From the NCBI RefSeq assembly GCF_009914755.1, contig NC_060928.1: a stretch of DNA of 64,000 bases, one strand, 5' to 3'. Both the position numbers and the translations under genes were made by a program. Positions 32,160 through 51,804 of the stretch are shown here, in pieces (positions within the stretch are counted from its first letter, which is position 1; the number at the start of each line of letters is the position of its first letter). This stretch comes from the human T2T-CHM13v2.0 reference genome, Homo sapiens. The notes under the pieces were generated by a model. It ran no database searches and was not told the origin of the DNA. It worked only from the letters and a program-made list of their open reading frames with translations.

Positions 32160-32995
32160 CATATGAATCATACTGCTATGAACATTAGTGTGCAAGTCTT
32201 TGTGGGGCTGTATGTTTTTGTTTCTCTTGGGTATATACCTAGGAGTGGAATTGCTTGGTCATATGGTAACTGTGTGTAACATTTTGAGAAACTGCCAAAC
32301 TGTTTTCCAGAGCAGCTGCATCATTTTACATTCCCACCAGTAATGCATGCGGGTTCCAATTTCTCCACATCCTTATTAACACTTGTTGTTGTTGGTCTTT
32401 TTGATTATAGCCATCTCAATGTGTGAAGTAGCATCTTACTGTGGTTTTGATTTGCATTTTCCTAATAACTAGTGATGTTGAGTATCTTTTCATATGTTCA
32501 TTATCCATTTACATATTTTTAAAGAGATGTTTATTTAAATCATTTGCCTATTTTTAAATTAGGCTATTTGTCTTTTCATTATTGAGTTTTAAAACTTCTT
32601 TACATATTGTGAGTACAAGTCCTTACTGGATATATGATTTGCAAATGTTTTATTGCCCTCTGTGGGTTCTTTTCATTTTCTCAATAGTGTCGTTTGAAGC
32701 ACAGATATATTTAATTTTGATTTAGCCTGACTTACCAGTCTCTTGGTAGCTTGTACTTTTGGTGTCATATATAAAAAATCATTGCGTAGCCCAAGGTCAC
32801 AAGGATTTACTCCTGAATTTTCTTCTAAGAGTTTTATAGTTTTAGATTTTTTATTTAGGTCTATGATCCACTTTGAGTTAATTTTGTGTGTGGTGTGAAG
32901 TTAGGGGTCCAAATTCATGTTTGTCATGTGGATTTCCAGTTGTCTTAGCACCATTTGCTGAAAAGACTATTCTTCCCCCATTAAATTGTCTTGTC
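32160..32995 (-). mobile_element. L1MB ORF2 3' fragment
   Basis: CTTGGGTATATACCTAGGAGTGGAATTGC, TTTACATTCCCACCAG and TTCTTCTAAGAGTTTTATAGTTTTAG. Confidence 0.85.
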
Positions 32996-34668
32996 CCTCT
33001 ACCCCTATGTATTTTTATAGTTTAATGTCCTTATTTATGTTATTACTTTGACTTAGAATTATTTTCTTTTCTATCATTCTTCCTATTGACATTTAAGTAT
33101 AACCTTCATCTAACTATATCAAGCTTATATTTAGATTTACCATCTCAATAAAACTTCTCTAACCACCCAAGCTAAATTATTGCTCCCTCCTTTGTGTTCC
33201 CATAAATAGTATTTATTTTATATCTTGATTATGACCTGTGTCTTCTTGTACTCTAATTAGCTGTGTGCACGTCTATCTCTTCTACTGCACTGTGTGTTCC
33301 TTTTGGAAGGACTTACTCATGTATGTGTGCCTGTGGCAACTGGTAAGTATTCATTAAGCAGTTGCTGATTAGGTGAATGAAGAAATGTATAAATGAACAA
33401 ATAAATGAATGTCCTAAATAAGAATACATTTCTATACTATGGCAGTAGGTTCTGTTTTTTAAAACAACCAAGAATCTTAGGTGAATAAGGAAAATACTAA
33501 AATGAATGGTGGTGGGTATTACCATTTCAGACCAAAGGCAAACTCTGAAGATGGTTCCAAAGGACAAGACCCTCATTACTTAGTCCTAACATTTCCTTTC
33601 AAAGTTAGCTATCTTTCACCAGTGTAATATGAAGTATAACACCAGGAGTGGGATTATGATCTAGGGGATGGTACAAACCTCTGCTTAACCGACACCTCTC
33701 ACATTAATTTAATGATTTTTCACAGTGCTTCCCTCTCCCACTCTATAGCCCCTAAGTACATGCTTAGTGTCAGTATTCCACATTATACTCCAGAAGCTGG
33801 ATGCCATTTCTAGAAGGTCACATTTCGAAAGCCAAGCCATGCCACCCACTCTGGGAAAGCACTTTCTGTTCAGGCTCTTCTGTGGCTATTAGTAAAGCCT
33901 AGTTGACTTTACTTGGCTATCATGAAGTAGGTTATACTGGAGGACAGGAGATGGGTTGACAGAGGCAAGAGCTTGTGGTGACAGAATCAGAGCTACTGCT
34001 AACAGATGTTGTGTCCTATTTGAATGCCATGGAAAAATACATTGCTCTTTTGCGGGCATATAGGGTCTTCTGGTGCGTAGCTATGAAGGCAAACCTAAAG
34101 AGCTAGTGGTCAGGAAAATCAGGCCCAGCTCTAAGCCTGTGCTTAACCAGGACTTCTAGTGTAAAACAACTAGTGCTGAGATAGTGGAATCCCATTGTAA
34201 CCTGTTGTCCAGAGATGAGAAAACACCCATATTATTGGCTTCCTCTGTCACAATGAGAGGGCTCACTTTACACCACTATGTACTTGGGGATATGATTTGA
34301 TTTGCAACATAACTGAATCCATGAGAAAGCCAAGTGTGGGACTCATGAATTTTTACTGTATTTCTTCCATGTTAAAGCAACAAAAATTCATAAGAATCTT
34401 TTCTGCATCATCAAAAAAAGAGTCAAAATGTCAGCCCTGTATAAGCACGTTCTTCCCAACATATACATGTAGCCTCTGAACATCTGCAAAGCAGCATTGC
34501 CATTGAAGAGTTTGCTGGTGTTTTGGAACAAGTGAATAGCAGCCAGATAGCATAAAGAGCAAGGAAAACTTTCAGCTTGTAGACTCACAGATGGGATTTC
34601 TGCTGAAATGATTAACAACTATTGTCAGATCTGCAAGTAGTGACCACAAAACACCTGCTCTCGTTTCA

Positions 34669-34884
<216 letters not shown>

Positions 34885-35216
34885 TCATTTATGTAACAAA
34901 AATGTAATCGTCAAAATAGTTTTCAGAATTCATACAAGGTTTAATTAACATGGGCAAGAACTATATTCAGTTACTTAATGTAAATCTGTGTTAGAATTAA
35001 AGAACAAATACTAACAGTTATTCACAGGTGAGATGAATAACTGAAAAAGTCCCCAATTTTTTAGGTTTCTATTAGGCTAATTTACATAAGTTAGAATATC
35101 TAAATTGATTAGAAGTGTGTGGTAAATGAAAGGTTGGATGATTTTCATGGATCTTGCTGTTTATCCAAGTATGGCATGCTTAGCAAATCCTAATAACAGA
35201 TTTGCTTTGAAAATCA

Positions 35217-35520
<304 letters not shown>

Positions 35521-37902
35521 AAAATCAAGATAAAACTGAAAGCAACTTATGTATTTCCTACTTATTTAATACTTTTCTATTTGTTTAGTCATAGGAAAAA
35601 GGCATATGCAGCCATTAGGCATATACATACATTACCGTGCACATTACTTTGTGAACCTCTATTATTTACCAGCAGCCCAATATTATTTCACATTTGAAGC
35701 TGTCTGCCTGAGACAACGGAGAATGGTATATCAGTAACTTATGAGGTGCCTATGTAAGATAGAAACTTAGACTAGATGAGTGAGTCTCAAATGTTGGGAT
35801 ACCACAGAATCACCTGGGGAGCTTGTTAAAAATACAGATATCTTGGCTCAAGAGTATCTGTATTTTGACCAAGCTCACCTAGGTGGCTGGTGTGTACCAA
35901 TATTTGTAAAATATTGAGTTTGGTGACCTATAAAATCTTTTTAAACTCTAAGATTATATGAGCCTACAAAACAGATATATATGTGTCTTCAAAGACCTCA
36001 TGATATCAAACTTAATCAATTAAAAGAAAACTTCTTTTGAAAGTCTCTTATAAAGGAAACCAATGTTTTAGCCATTCTTCTTTGTTCCTAGTTGTCCCTC
36101 CAGTGAGTTTGTGTCACTCTTCACAGTCTGTATTTCTCCTGCTTACATGTGATTCCCACATGTTCTACAGAGTCTAAAGGCATATGAGGTAAGCTTTATA
36201 AAACAGCTCAGTGTGTTACGGCCAAACGTGCCTCCTTTCCATTGTGTCAAATCACCACCTGAAAAGGGATGAGGCAGATCCACTGACAACTAATCAGAAG
36301 GTTTTTGTGAAATAAAGAGAAAGTGCTGCTTGCTTTAGAAAGTATTGGTTTTCTCTTGCTTAGTTCTAGTTACACCCAATAGCAATGGCAGAGGATTTGA
36401 TTCAGAGACCCTAGGAGGTTGCGGGGCTAAGCCTGAGCAATTCCAGACTGTCCTGCCAAAGCCCATGTGGACAGAGATATAATTCCTCTATTTGCTCCTT
36501 GCCAGAAGGCTAGGACCTCTTTTCTGTATTAGTGGAAATTAAATCCATAAGACATGGCAATGTAAAATAAAACTCAACAAGGGAGAATCAAATGCTACTT
36601 AAGAAAATACTTTTTTTTTTCTAATTTAACTTTCTACTTCCCCAGCAATAAGAATATAACCCCAGTGAAGCTAATAATGCCTCTGGAATGACATTCTTTT
36701 GTGAACCGTGAAGAAGAGAATATTCTATTTTATAACATTGAATGTAAAGACTCATGTCTTTGCCCCACGAATAAGAATTACACGGCCTCATTAGTAAGGA
36801 AGAGCTCTGTTGCTAGTTTTTTAATTACTGGCTTACAGTAACTTATGAGAACTTGCTGGCACAGGAAGAGAAACAGTTGATTCTGAACAGGCTATGGCTT
36901 TAGCATCAAATTGCTCACATACTGTAAAACAATTATTTCACTAGTAGAACCAGAATATTATGCCTGCCTTTCTCCCCGTCTCCATCACAGTTTATCATTC
37001 ACCTCTTATTGCATTTCTCTTAAGGCATTAGGGAATCTTTTATGGCAGAAACATTTTATGCAGAAAGGCAAGTTCCCAGAAAACAAAATCCTGTGTGTAT
37101 ATACTTGAGTACATGCAATTCCGAAAGGGAGAAAAACATGACTGAAGTTTGCTAAAAGAGGATTATGCTAGCTAAGTTTATCATCTTAATTACTGCAGCT
37201 GACTATATAATCAACAACTTGGACTGATTAAAGTTATAAGAACATTCATTATGGAAAGGAAATAAGTCTAGCCTGTGGCTGCTCAACTAATGAATAGTGA
37301 AAACAGGATAATTTCAAACTGGTGAAAGAAGAATGTATGTAACAAGTATGCTAGACTATAGAAAAGACTCGAAGCCCTTACCGCAGTCAGCCCATGTGAC
37401 TGAAACGTTACACTATTCTTTAATGGACTTGAATTGTAGGACATGAAGGTTTGAAATGAATGTGTGAGCATATTAAACCAAGCAAAATTTCATAGATTTA
37501 AATTAAGAAAGAACAACTTTGGCATGGAATAGTAAAACCCAACTTTTTTTTAAACCTGACTGTAAAAAAAAAAAAAAAGTTTTAATTATTCTTAACCAGA
37601 CATGAGAGGGAACACATCAGACTGACTTTGGGGTCTTTTTTGAGTCTACAGTGCTCCACCCTCCACACCTGGTTTAAAATCACTGCCAGGTGAGCTGCTG
37701 GTGATGGGAGTGTGTCAAATCTGCATTTGGGTGGGGCAGGAAACAAGATTGGAAACTACTGGCCTAAACTGTGAGATTTTAAAACATCTTCCAGACAATT
37801 TTATTTTTATTATTCAACTACTTATATGTGGTATAAAAGTAAGCTTCAGTCAGCTGCTGAACTAAAATGGTTATACATAATTGAATTTATAAGTAATGAG
37901 GG

Positions 37903-38179
37903 TTTATTTATTTATTTATTTGAGAGGGAGTCTCAATCACCCAGGCTGGAGTGCAGATGCGCCATCTTGGCTCACTGCAACCTCTGTCTCTCAGGTTGAA
38001 GTGATTCTCCTGCCTCAGTCTCCCAAGTAGCTGGGATTACAAGCGTACACCACCATGCCCAGCTAATTTTTGTACTTTTAGTAGAGACGGGGTTTCACCA
38101 GGTTGGCCAGGCTGGTCTCGAACTCCTGACCTCAGGTGGTCCACCCACCTCAGCCTCCCAAAGTGCTGAGATTACAGGC
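37903..38179 (-). mobile_element. AluSx-like, slightly 5'-truncated, (TAAA)n tail
   Basis: TSD AAGTAATGAGG. Confidence 0.9.
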
Positions 38180-38747
38180 AAGTAATGAGGTTTTAGTTAA
38201 AAAATGTATTTTGTTTCAGAAGCATACATAGATATAATATAGAAAATGCAGATGAATGAAGTAAAGGAAAATATATTTTATCCATAATCCCACGACTTAC
38301 TGTCAGTGTCATTTTGGATATACATAAGTGGCGGCTAGTCTGAGACTAATGGTCCCATTTGCCCAGGACAGAGTGCGGTTTCCTGGACACGGAACTTTCG
38401 GTGCTAAAACCAGGAAAGTTTTCGGAAAAGTGGGAAGAGTTGATCACCCTATGGTAGTCTTCTACCATCTGAACCCAGTAACCCCAGGCAACTCATAGAA
38501 ACATGAGATAAAATGGTTGTTTTCAGCTACTAAGTTTTGGGGTGGTTTGGTTCCCTCCCTGCCTCCCTTTCTCCCTTCCTCTTTCTTCCTTTCCTCCCTT
38601 CCTCCCTCCTTTCCTTCCTCTCTCACTATTAAATTATACACATAGCTTTGTAATCTGATTTAAAAAATAACTGTATATTACAAACATGTTTGCATGTTTT
38701 AAAATATTTCTGTACAACATCAATTTTAATGGTTACATGGAATTCTC

Positions 38748-39051
38748 TTTTTTTTTTTTTTGAGACGGAGTCTTGTTCTGTTGCCCAGGCTGGAGTTCAG
38801 TGGTGTGACGTCAGCTTATTGCAACCTCCGGCTCCCTGGTTCAAGCCATCACAGGCCTCAGACTCCTGAGTAGCTGGGACTACGGGCACGCACCACCACA
38901 CCCGGCTAATTTTTCTTATTTTTGTATTTTTAGCAGAGACGAGGTTTTGCCATATTGGCTAGGCTCTTCTTGAACTCCGGACCTCAGGTGATCTGCCCGC
39001 CTAGGCCTCCCAAAGTGCTGGGATTACAGACGTGAGCCACCGCGCCCAGCC
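38748..39051 (-). mobile_element. AluS within L1ME fragments
   Basis: Full antisense Alu; TSD TGGAATTC. Confidence 0.9.
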
Positions 39052-39811
39052 TGGAATTCAACTGGAGTGTACCACAATCTGTTTAACAAGTCCCATGTTG
39101 TCAGATAACTATGTTGCTTCCCATTTTTTACTCTTACAAACAATGTCCTTATAGCTAAATCTTTACATACAAACTCCATGATGGCTTCTTTACGATTAAT
39201 TCTTAGAAGTGAAATTGCTGAGTCAAAGACTATTATTTTGAAGGCTTTTAATGAGTATTGCCAAATTGCCCTTCTTACATGTGCTATTTTACAGACCTAC
39301 TGACCATATATGAGAATACTCATTTTGCAAACAGTGGGTTTGCAACAACAAAACAAATTCCCAAACTCTGTCAACTTGACAAGTTAATGAGACTTCCTTA
39401 TATTCTACAGTCTGAGGCACACCACAGTGAAATCTCTCTGGTCAATTTAGTATTGTGCCATGAGAATATGTTCTGAGCAGCAGCTCTTGATGTTTACATA
39501 AACCATTACTTAAGCCCTCAACACCATCAAATATTTATTTAACATCCACTGTGGGTTAAGAATCGCAACCCAGGGCCCCAAAGCAACTTACAAGCTAAAG
39601 GAAGGAGTGGAGGCACAGTTCCTTGTCTTTGCCTTGGGAATATTTTTAGTAAGTTGCTTCTTTTCCTTTTCTCTCTAGAGCTTTATAAAACCAAATTATG
39701 GGAAAATTATCATGCAATTTAAAAAATTAAACATTTTACATTGTAGAATATAAAATACTTTCATAAAAGAACATAATACGTATATATTTACATTAAAGAA
39801 GAAAACATTAA

Positions 39812-40171
<360 letters not shown>

Positions 40172-41893
40172 TTAAGAAATAGAACATTGCCAACACCTGA
40201 AAATCTCCACCCTTTCCCACCTATCCTTATGGAATTTCAATCTTGTTCTTGCCACAGAACGGTAACCATCATTATAACTCGAAGATGATCATTTCCTTCC
40301 TTTTCCCTCTTGTTCTACCATTGTTTAGTTTTGCCTGCTTTTACATTTTATATCAATGAAATCACAATGAATTATTCTTCTGATTTGCTGTTTTTGCTCA
40401 ATGTTGTGTAAGATTCATCCATTTGGTTGCAGGTAGCTGTATAACATTTCACAAGATGAATGTACCACAAATTTTAATCCTTCTATTGTTGATGGATTTG
40501 GATTATTACCAACTTTTGGCCTTTGAGCCAGTCTAGGATTCACGATGTAACCATGGAGCAGATGCTTTGAGGTAATAAACTTCAAATTAGATGCATAAAT
40601 AAATCTAATCTTTTAAAGATATTAGTTCCTTTGTGACAGATATTTCCCCTCCAGTGCTTTCAGCTTTGATGACTGAATGGTAGTTTCATTGTGAGAATCC
40701 TATTATCTTGAATCCTTGTCAGTGATAGCTGTTTAATGAGGGTTTTTTCTCTCCTCCTACCTGGCACTGTGTGTGCAAGTCATCTCACTCAGGAAACACC
40801 CACGTGGTGGGGATGGCCTTCACGGCAACTGTTGTGCTCTTTATTCTTGCCACACTTGCTGTTCTCAGTGAAAAACTGAGAGTTCCTGGAAAATGTATGG
40901 GTTCAGAAATGGGATGGTCATGAGGTTAAAGGACTTGGCCTGGGAAGGAAAAGAAGAAATATCATGTTTTAAAATATCATCTCTAACCAAAGTAGAGATG
41001 GATTGAGATTATAACCACTGTGAAGGGTACAGATAAAACAATTTTGGACATGGGTTGATGGTTTGTGAGAGGTTGGGTACTGGGTAGGGCAGGTACATTA
41101 CGTCATTATCTTTAATTTTGTGTATGTTTAAAAATTTCCACAATAAGAAGTAAAAAGGGAGTTAACTAAGACAGTAAATTAAAAATGTTAACTCCATTTC
41201 TAGTACAAAATGGACTTAATAAGTGTTATCTGCTCACCTTCCCTTCCATCTAGGTGAATGACATTTCCAGCATTGAAGGACAGCATAGACACGGAAATAC
41301 ATTTTATGGCGTGCCAGTGGGTGTGGTGGGTCTCAGGGATGCAAGGTGGGTGAGACTCCCTGTCTGTTCCTGAGGAGCTCTGGTGAGTGGGAAGGAGAAG
41401 GGAACACTCGAAGAGCATGGCAGCCTTAAAGAGGCAGTGGGCTGAGGAGGCTCGCTCTGTGTTCAGAAATTGGAACAGGGTTGTAGAAAGGATGCTGTGT
41501 GGCTGTTAAAGTAAACTCCACCCATTTTAGAATTTTCCTTGGAAGCGGCCTCAATGTCTAGAAAAGAGTGGGAAAAATCTTTCCCCTTTTCAAATTTGTT
41601 CTTTTTTGAGCCATGCAACTTTAATTCTAAGAATAAAACATTCATGCTTCTAGTTGTAGTTTCCTTGGACAGCTAAACTGTGGATAAAATAGGAATTTGG
41701 GTGCTAACCCCAAAATCTAAATGCTACTGAAGGGGCTGTTATCTCTGCATGAATTCCTCATAAAACCGAAAAGCTACCCAATAGGTGCTGAAAACAGGTC
41801 AAATACCATATTAGATGTCACACTGGGTAGCACACACACATGGGAAAGCACAAAGACTGGCTTAGAGTGCCAAAGTAAGAAATGGATCACACT

Positions 41894-42233
<340 letters not shown>

Positions 42234-43476
42234 CTAAGTGCTAGCCAGATGAGTGGCAAACATGTACGTGAATGTTGTTGTATCTCTGTGTAGAAGAAAC
42301 AACAGCAACTGGGAGGGCCAGTGGCATTCATTCAGACCCACAATCTCATGGTGTTAGGTCCCTTTCCAAGGCATGTGAGCAGCTCCAATCGTTTGGTTCT
42401 GGAATTCTGTAAGTCTGGTCCCTGCGTTTAATTTGGTTTCTTCTGGCTTCCACTCACCATTAGCCATCTGCTCAGGTACCCACTGTGGGGTTAGAGGAGG
42501 TAGCCTTTTGCATCATATTGTAAATAGTGTCGTCACCACATTGGGGTACATTTTTGTGGTTAGTTTTTAACTACCCCTTCCAAAGATAGGGACAACAAAG
42601 ACCAATTTTTGAATTGTATCTGATTCATTTTCCAATAGGATTCTGGATTTTTGATGGAAAAGTCTGTCACATGGGATCTGCGTTCAGTAATGAACTTGGC
42701 AGAAAGGCTGACATGAACCAGAGGCTGTTCCCATGAGCCTCACTAACCTTACTTCAGATGGCTTCCATTATGTGGGGCGTGCCACTATGAGCCCTTGTAA
42801 AATGAGGAGAGCAATGTCTGTCTTACTGGAGGCTCAAAGGGCATGATATATGTAGCAAGTTTAGGACAGTGTCTCACACAAAAAGTAGCTTTTGTTGCTA
42901 ATATATTGGGAATCTAATAATGTTACCTTTTTTGTTGTTGCTAAGAAGAGGTATGGCTTATAAATAACAGACAAATTGCTGATAAAACTAAAACTAAGTA
43001 GAAGTCTATGCAAATGGTATACAGTGGGACAGTCATGCTGCTATTGTGCTGACTCTGTTTGGTCTGAATGGGCTCAGTCTTGCCTGTAGGTCTTCCCAAA
43101 TTGTTGTGCACCAAGAGCTGGGTTTCTCTTCCTTTTTATTCTTTTCTTTCAGTACTATTGCTGAGTGGTGCTAAAGTCCAACAAGCCTATTTGATGTTAG
43201 CTCCAAGTTGTAGATGAATATCCTGTGTGTGTATAGTGTTTCCTATATGCATGTTGGTACATGAACTTGGTCTTTTTAGGTCTATATCCTGTCAGTCCAG
43301 AGTAATGTGCTGACTCCAAAAAAAGCTGACACCTGAAATGTGCTTCCACAAAGTATATTTATCTCTGTACACTAAGTCCAAGTTTCTAAATGACACTTTC
43401 ATGAATGTTAGACAATGTTTATAGCTGGAATTGCAACAGCTTTACAGTTCGACTTTTCTTATTGTGCCTTAGATTT

Positions 43477-43700
43477 TCAGGGAGGAGTAAACTTATTCGC
43501 TAAAGAACCAGATAATAAATACTTGGGGCTTTGCAGGTCACATACAGTCTCTGTCACATATTCTTCTTCTGTCCTCTAAACAATCATTTGAAAATGTAAA
43601 AGTAACTCACTGTGGGTGGGATAGGAGAGGTGGAGGGAGAAGGGTAGCTATAAAATTAGGTTGAGGCCACAGGCCCTCAGCTGTAATTTACCTACCCCTA
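43477..43700. mobile_element. MER58-like hAT-Charlie MITE
   Basis: CAGGG...TAAAGAACCAGATAATAAATACTTGGGGCTTTGCAGGTCACATACAGTCTCTGTCACA...ACCCCT. Confidence 0.7.
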
Positions 43701-45123
43701 TAGGACATCATAGTGGGAGATCCTGAATAAAACAATACAAATCAAAACAGTGATCCTCAGTGATCCTGCCACACAAACTTTGGGGAATCAGTTTGGAACT
43801 GACTGATTGGTTTCCCATTCCTGACTCATTCTTTTGGTAATGGGGAGTTGAATCCATCAACTCACAACCAACCCTCCTTTGTAGCCACATCATTGTGGAA
43901 CAAACTTGAGAAGACTGTAAATTTCTCTTTTGGACTGAGCAGTAAGTACTTCATTAGTAAGTGTCATTAGTAAGTGGTAACAATTTGTAAAGTCCTTTGA
44001 GGAGAAAGGCAAAATCATAAATATTAATTATAGCCATTGTTTTGATGAAAGGAGGATTACTGGAAGCACAGAAGCCTCTAAATCTACCTATTAAACCATA
44101 CTCCAGCTCTTATGTTCTCGAATGAAGGGGTTAATTATATTAGAAAAAATTCCATGGGATTCTTCTGTGGTCTGAGGTCTAATAAAAGGTTCACTTTTCA
44201 TATGACATTATTTTAGAAGTGCTTTCCAAAGCTCAGAGTCATTTTCTTGAGAAAAAATTTTAATAAAGAAACTTTAAACTCTTAGTGCGTTTCATCAGGA
44301 ATGCAATGCAGTAATAGAGTCAGGTTATTGGTGCAAAGCCCCAGACTTTAGTGTTAAAATGAACCCCATCTACAGGGTGAAATTTTTAAGGAGGTATAAA
44401 ACACACTTAAGGCTTTTTGAAATAGTTATGAAAGAGAAAAAAACTTGAATAAACATATTTTTTTCATATTTTATATGTGTTATATGTGTTACCATGGAGA
44501 AAATAATTAGAAAGTTACTTCTAAATGAGTGACTTCATTTAGATGAAAATGTTTCTTTTGTGAACTCCTACACTAGCTAAAAAGCCATAAACTATGCTGA
44601 CGGAAGGTGTTGATAATTTACTATCCTTATAAATGTCATCTTTTAAAGTGCCGATGCTTGAAAAAGGAAAGGGATGATGTGTCACCATGTTAAAGGAAAC
44701 TTATTTAGAAAGAAAGGGGCATGGTAAAATTCAAATGAATGAGTGGGCGATTAAGTTTTAATTTGTACATAGGCCTATAAAAAGATTAGGCCAAAGGCTT
44801 GGTTTTTAGCATTGCTTTTCTTATCATAAAAGTAAAAATTATAAAATATAAAAAATTATGTGTAATTCCACCATCCAGAAAAAAGCCATTAAAATTTTAT
44901 TGTCTCTAGTTATTAAACTATTTTTAACAAAATTAGATAATACAATGAATATTGCCTTGTAACTAGCTTTTCTCACTTAATATATCAGATCATCTTTGCA
45001 TACTATCTGTTCATGTAACTTTTATTGAAAACTATACTTTGGTAAGATCGTTTTAATGGCCATACAATTTTGACTCTATGACTGTACCATAGTTTGCTTG
45101 CCAATCCTGTTGGATATATAGGT

Positions 45124-45640
45124 GTATTGGTCAGAATGCATTCTGACCTCAAATAAGTTTACCCTCAAAGGGGAATTTGGTGGCTGTTATAATCGGAGAG
45201 GAAGAGATGGGGTGGGCTTCTGAGTCATTTGGATGCAGAGCTGGAAGCATCACGACTGTCTTTCCATTTCTCTGCCTTAAATCTTTCTTCTGTTGTTGCG
45301 ATCACTCATTCTCCATCACTTCGAGTGACTTCGTGAATGGAGATGGCTGTAGGCAGCTCCAAAGTTACAAGGCAATTCCTGGGGTAAGGCTTAGCAATGC
45401 CAAAGGAAAGAAACCTCCTTTTTCCAGCTTCATTTGGGAAATCTCCAGAAAAGAAAGGCTCAGAAAGGCTTACCTTTAGGCAGGTGCTCACTCCCGGACC
45501 AACTGATAGAGCCATTGGGAGTTACTCCAATTACCTGGGCCTTAGTCATGGGCCTCCCTGTGGTCAAGGGGAGAGCCAGACCAGTAGAATACATAGACCC
45601 ATCAAAATGCAGGGAAGCCCAGTTTTATTTTTCCTTATAG
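45124..45640 (-). mobile_element. MLT1-type MaLR LTR
   Basis: TGTATTGGTCAGAATGCA start and AAAGGGGAATTTGGTGGCT; MLT1 antisense pattern. Confidence 0.55.
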
Positions 45641-45795
45641 GAAGTGAGGGAGGCCAGTCCCAGAAGACTGGAAAATATGGTGCTATGAAGGTAAATATAA
45701 GCCTTGTCCATTATGTAGGCTGTGACCAGTTTATGCAATTAAATTTAGCTTGTAGCTAAATCTTGGAGAAAAGTTTAAAAACAGAGGTCAAATTG

Positions 45796-49917
<4,122 letters not shown>

Positions 49918-50559
49918 AAAAGTGAGATCAAATTGGTTTCTCCAGACAGCTGTTGTATTTTTAAAAAAAATAATTCAGAGAATTATAGCAACATACTAGA
50001 GTGGTAGAACAGTACAAAAACTGAAGAATTATAGCTCCCTAACTGTTCTATTCCAAATCTTCTTTACAATTGATAATACTCTAGCCACTAAGTATTTTGT
50101 GCTTTTCCCTTTATTTACTTAATAAATTTGTTTCAATTTCACCAACTTCTATTTCCTGAATGAAGAACTTCCTGCATTAAGAAGTTCATTATCTGAATTA
50201 CAACTTGTTATAATCATTCCACATATAAGGCAGAAAAACTGTCAATTACCCTGGAGTCTAAGCAAGACTCCTTTAATCTGTTCTCCTGATAGAATCAGGT
50301 TTTCGTGTTGATTACATGTATTGCACATTATTGATTTTGTCTCCTCCATATTACTAAGGGAAACATCTTTTAAGATAATGCAAAAGCCTATGAGGAAATT
50401 GGGTGAGTCCGGGAGGTCTACAAGAGTTGTACCTTAGGAGCAAAGCTTCATATAATGAAGCACGCCTTCTTCTCTCTTTCATACCGCCGAAGAGCAACAG
50501 GAACCACAGGCTCTGACTTCTGCTTCTTGCCACCAAACCTCACGCAGGCAACTCTTTAA

Positions 50560-50900
50560 GCAGTAGCCATTCAAAAATAATTCTCTGCTTCCTCACCTTT
50601 TTGCCTAAAATCAGGGCAGAAATTTTCCTTTTGTAAAGGAAATTTACATTTGTAAATGAAATTTGTATTTATATAGACAATTTGTAAATCTCCCCTCATC
50701 TGGAGATGCCTTTTATTACCTAAGAGGACTTCAAACTGCAAAATAAACCTTATTTACCATATAGTTTATAATTACCTTCCACAACTTATCCCCACCTCAG
50801 AGGCCCAACACCATTCATTTGTCTAGTCTCTTCTCCACACCTCACCACTCTTTGTTAAGATAATACATAAGCTCCTGCATCTAACCACTTCTTTGGGGTT
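50560..50900 (+). mobile_element. ERV1-class LTR fragment (MER34-like)
   Basis: GTAAAGGAAATTTACATTTGTAAA and ATAAGCTCCTGCATCTAACCACTTCTTTG resemble MER34 LTRs. Confidence 0.5.
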
Positions 50901-51804
50901 GGTAGTTTCAGGTAATATCCCAGATACAGCAGCAAAATACCAAAACTGAATTCATTTGCAGTGTCTGTATTATCTAATTTGACCATTCACCTGCTAAAAT
51001 TAAGTAAATGTTTTTGGATTTCCACTTAGTCTGGACATAACTGAGATCAAGATTGACTAAATGAAATAATTTTATCTCCTCAAAAATTATTTAGCATGTA
51101 CTGTATGCAGCACACTGTAAGCTATGCATAGAAGAAGGAAAAAAAACTTTTCCTCTACCTTCTTAGTTAGGGTCAGTGATTGGAGCCTGTGAATTATACT
51201 TACAAAGGACAAGTTAACAGGAGAAATAGTTTATTTCACATACACCCAGAGGTGATAAGTGGGGGGCTCCCAGAAAAGAAGTGAAAATCCCATTGATAAT
51301 TTGACAAGGCAGGATATTGGCTTTGCTTCAAAATCATGAGATAGAGCCTTACCCCATCCTCAGAGAGTAATGAAATGTGATTGGTTTTGGAAATTTATGC
51401 TAAGAATGGTACTTGGGAGAGATGTTGAGTTTACAAGAGGTGATAGCCAAAAGTCAGAAAAAAAGTAAGACTAAAACTTTAGATAAGGTTTTAGAGTAGG
51501 TTACAGTAGGAAGTTGTATGGGGAACAGAGCTGGTAGGGGACTTGAAGCTTGACAGACGATGGTGGGTTCGGAGATTGCACATGGAAGCTATGGAGCAGA
51601 GGCAGCTCATGGTGACAGACCTGGGGCTCTGTGCCCAGGAAGATGAAAAAGGGAGTGGAATCCAGAAAGCCCCAGAGTTTGGATTTGGGTGGCTGGAAGG
51701 AATTTGGTTTTAATCAGAATCAAGGGGTAGGCCTGGAATTCAGGCACAAAGAGTTTTCCTTCCCCATCTCCCCTACCCTCACCCTTTGGGGCCATGAGAA
51801 GTAA

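Noticed and set aside
38550-38625. Pyrimidine-rich (CCTT/CCCT)n tract
   Set aside because: Common low-complexity repeat with no other distinguishing feature.
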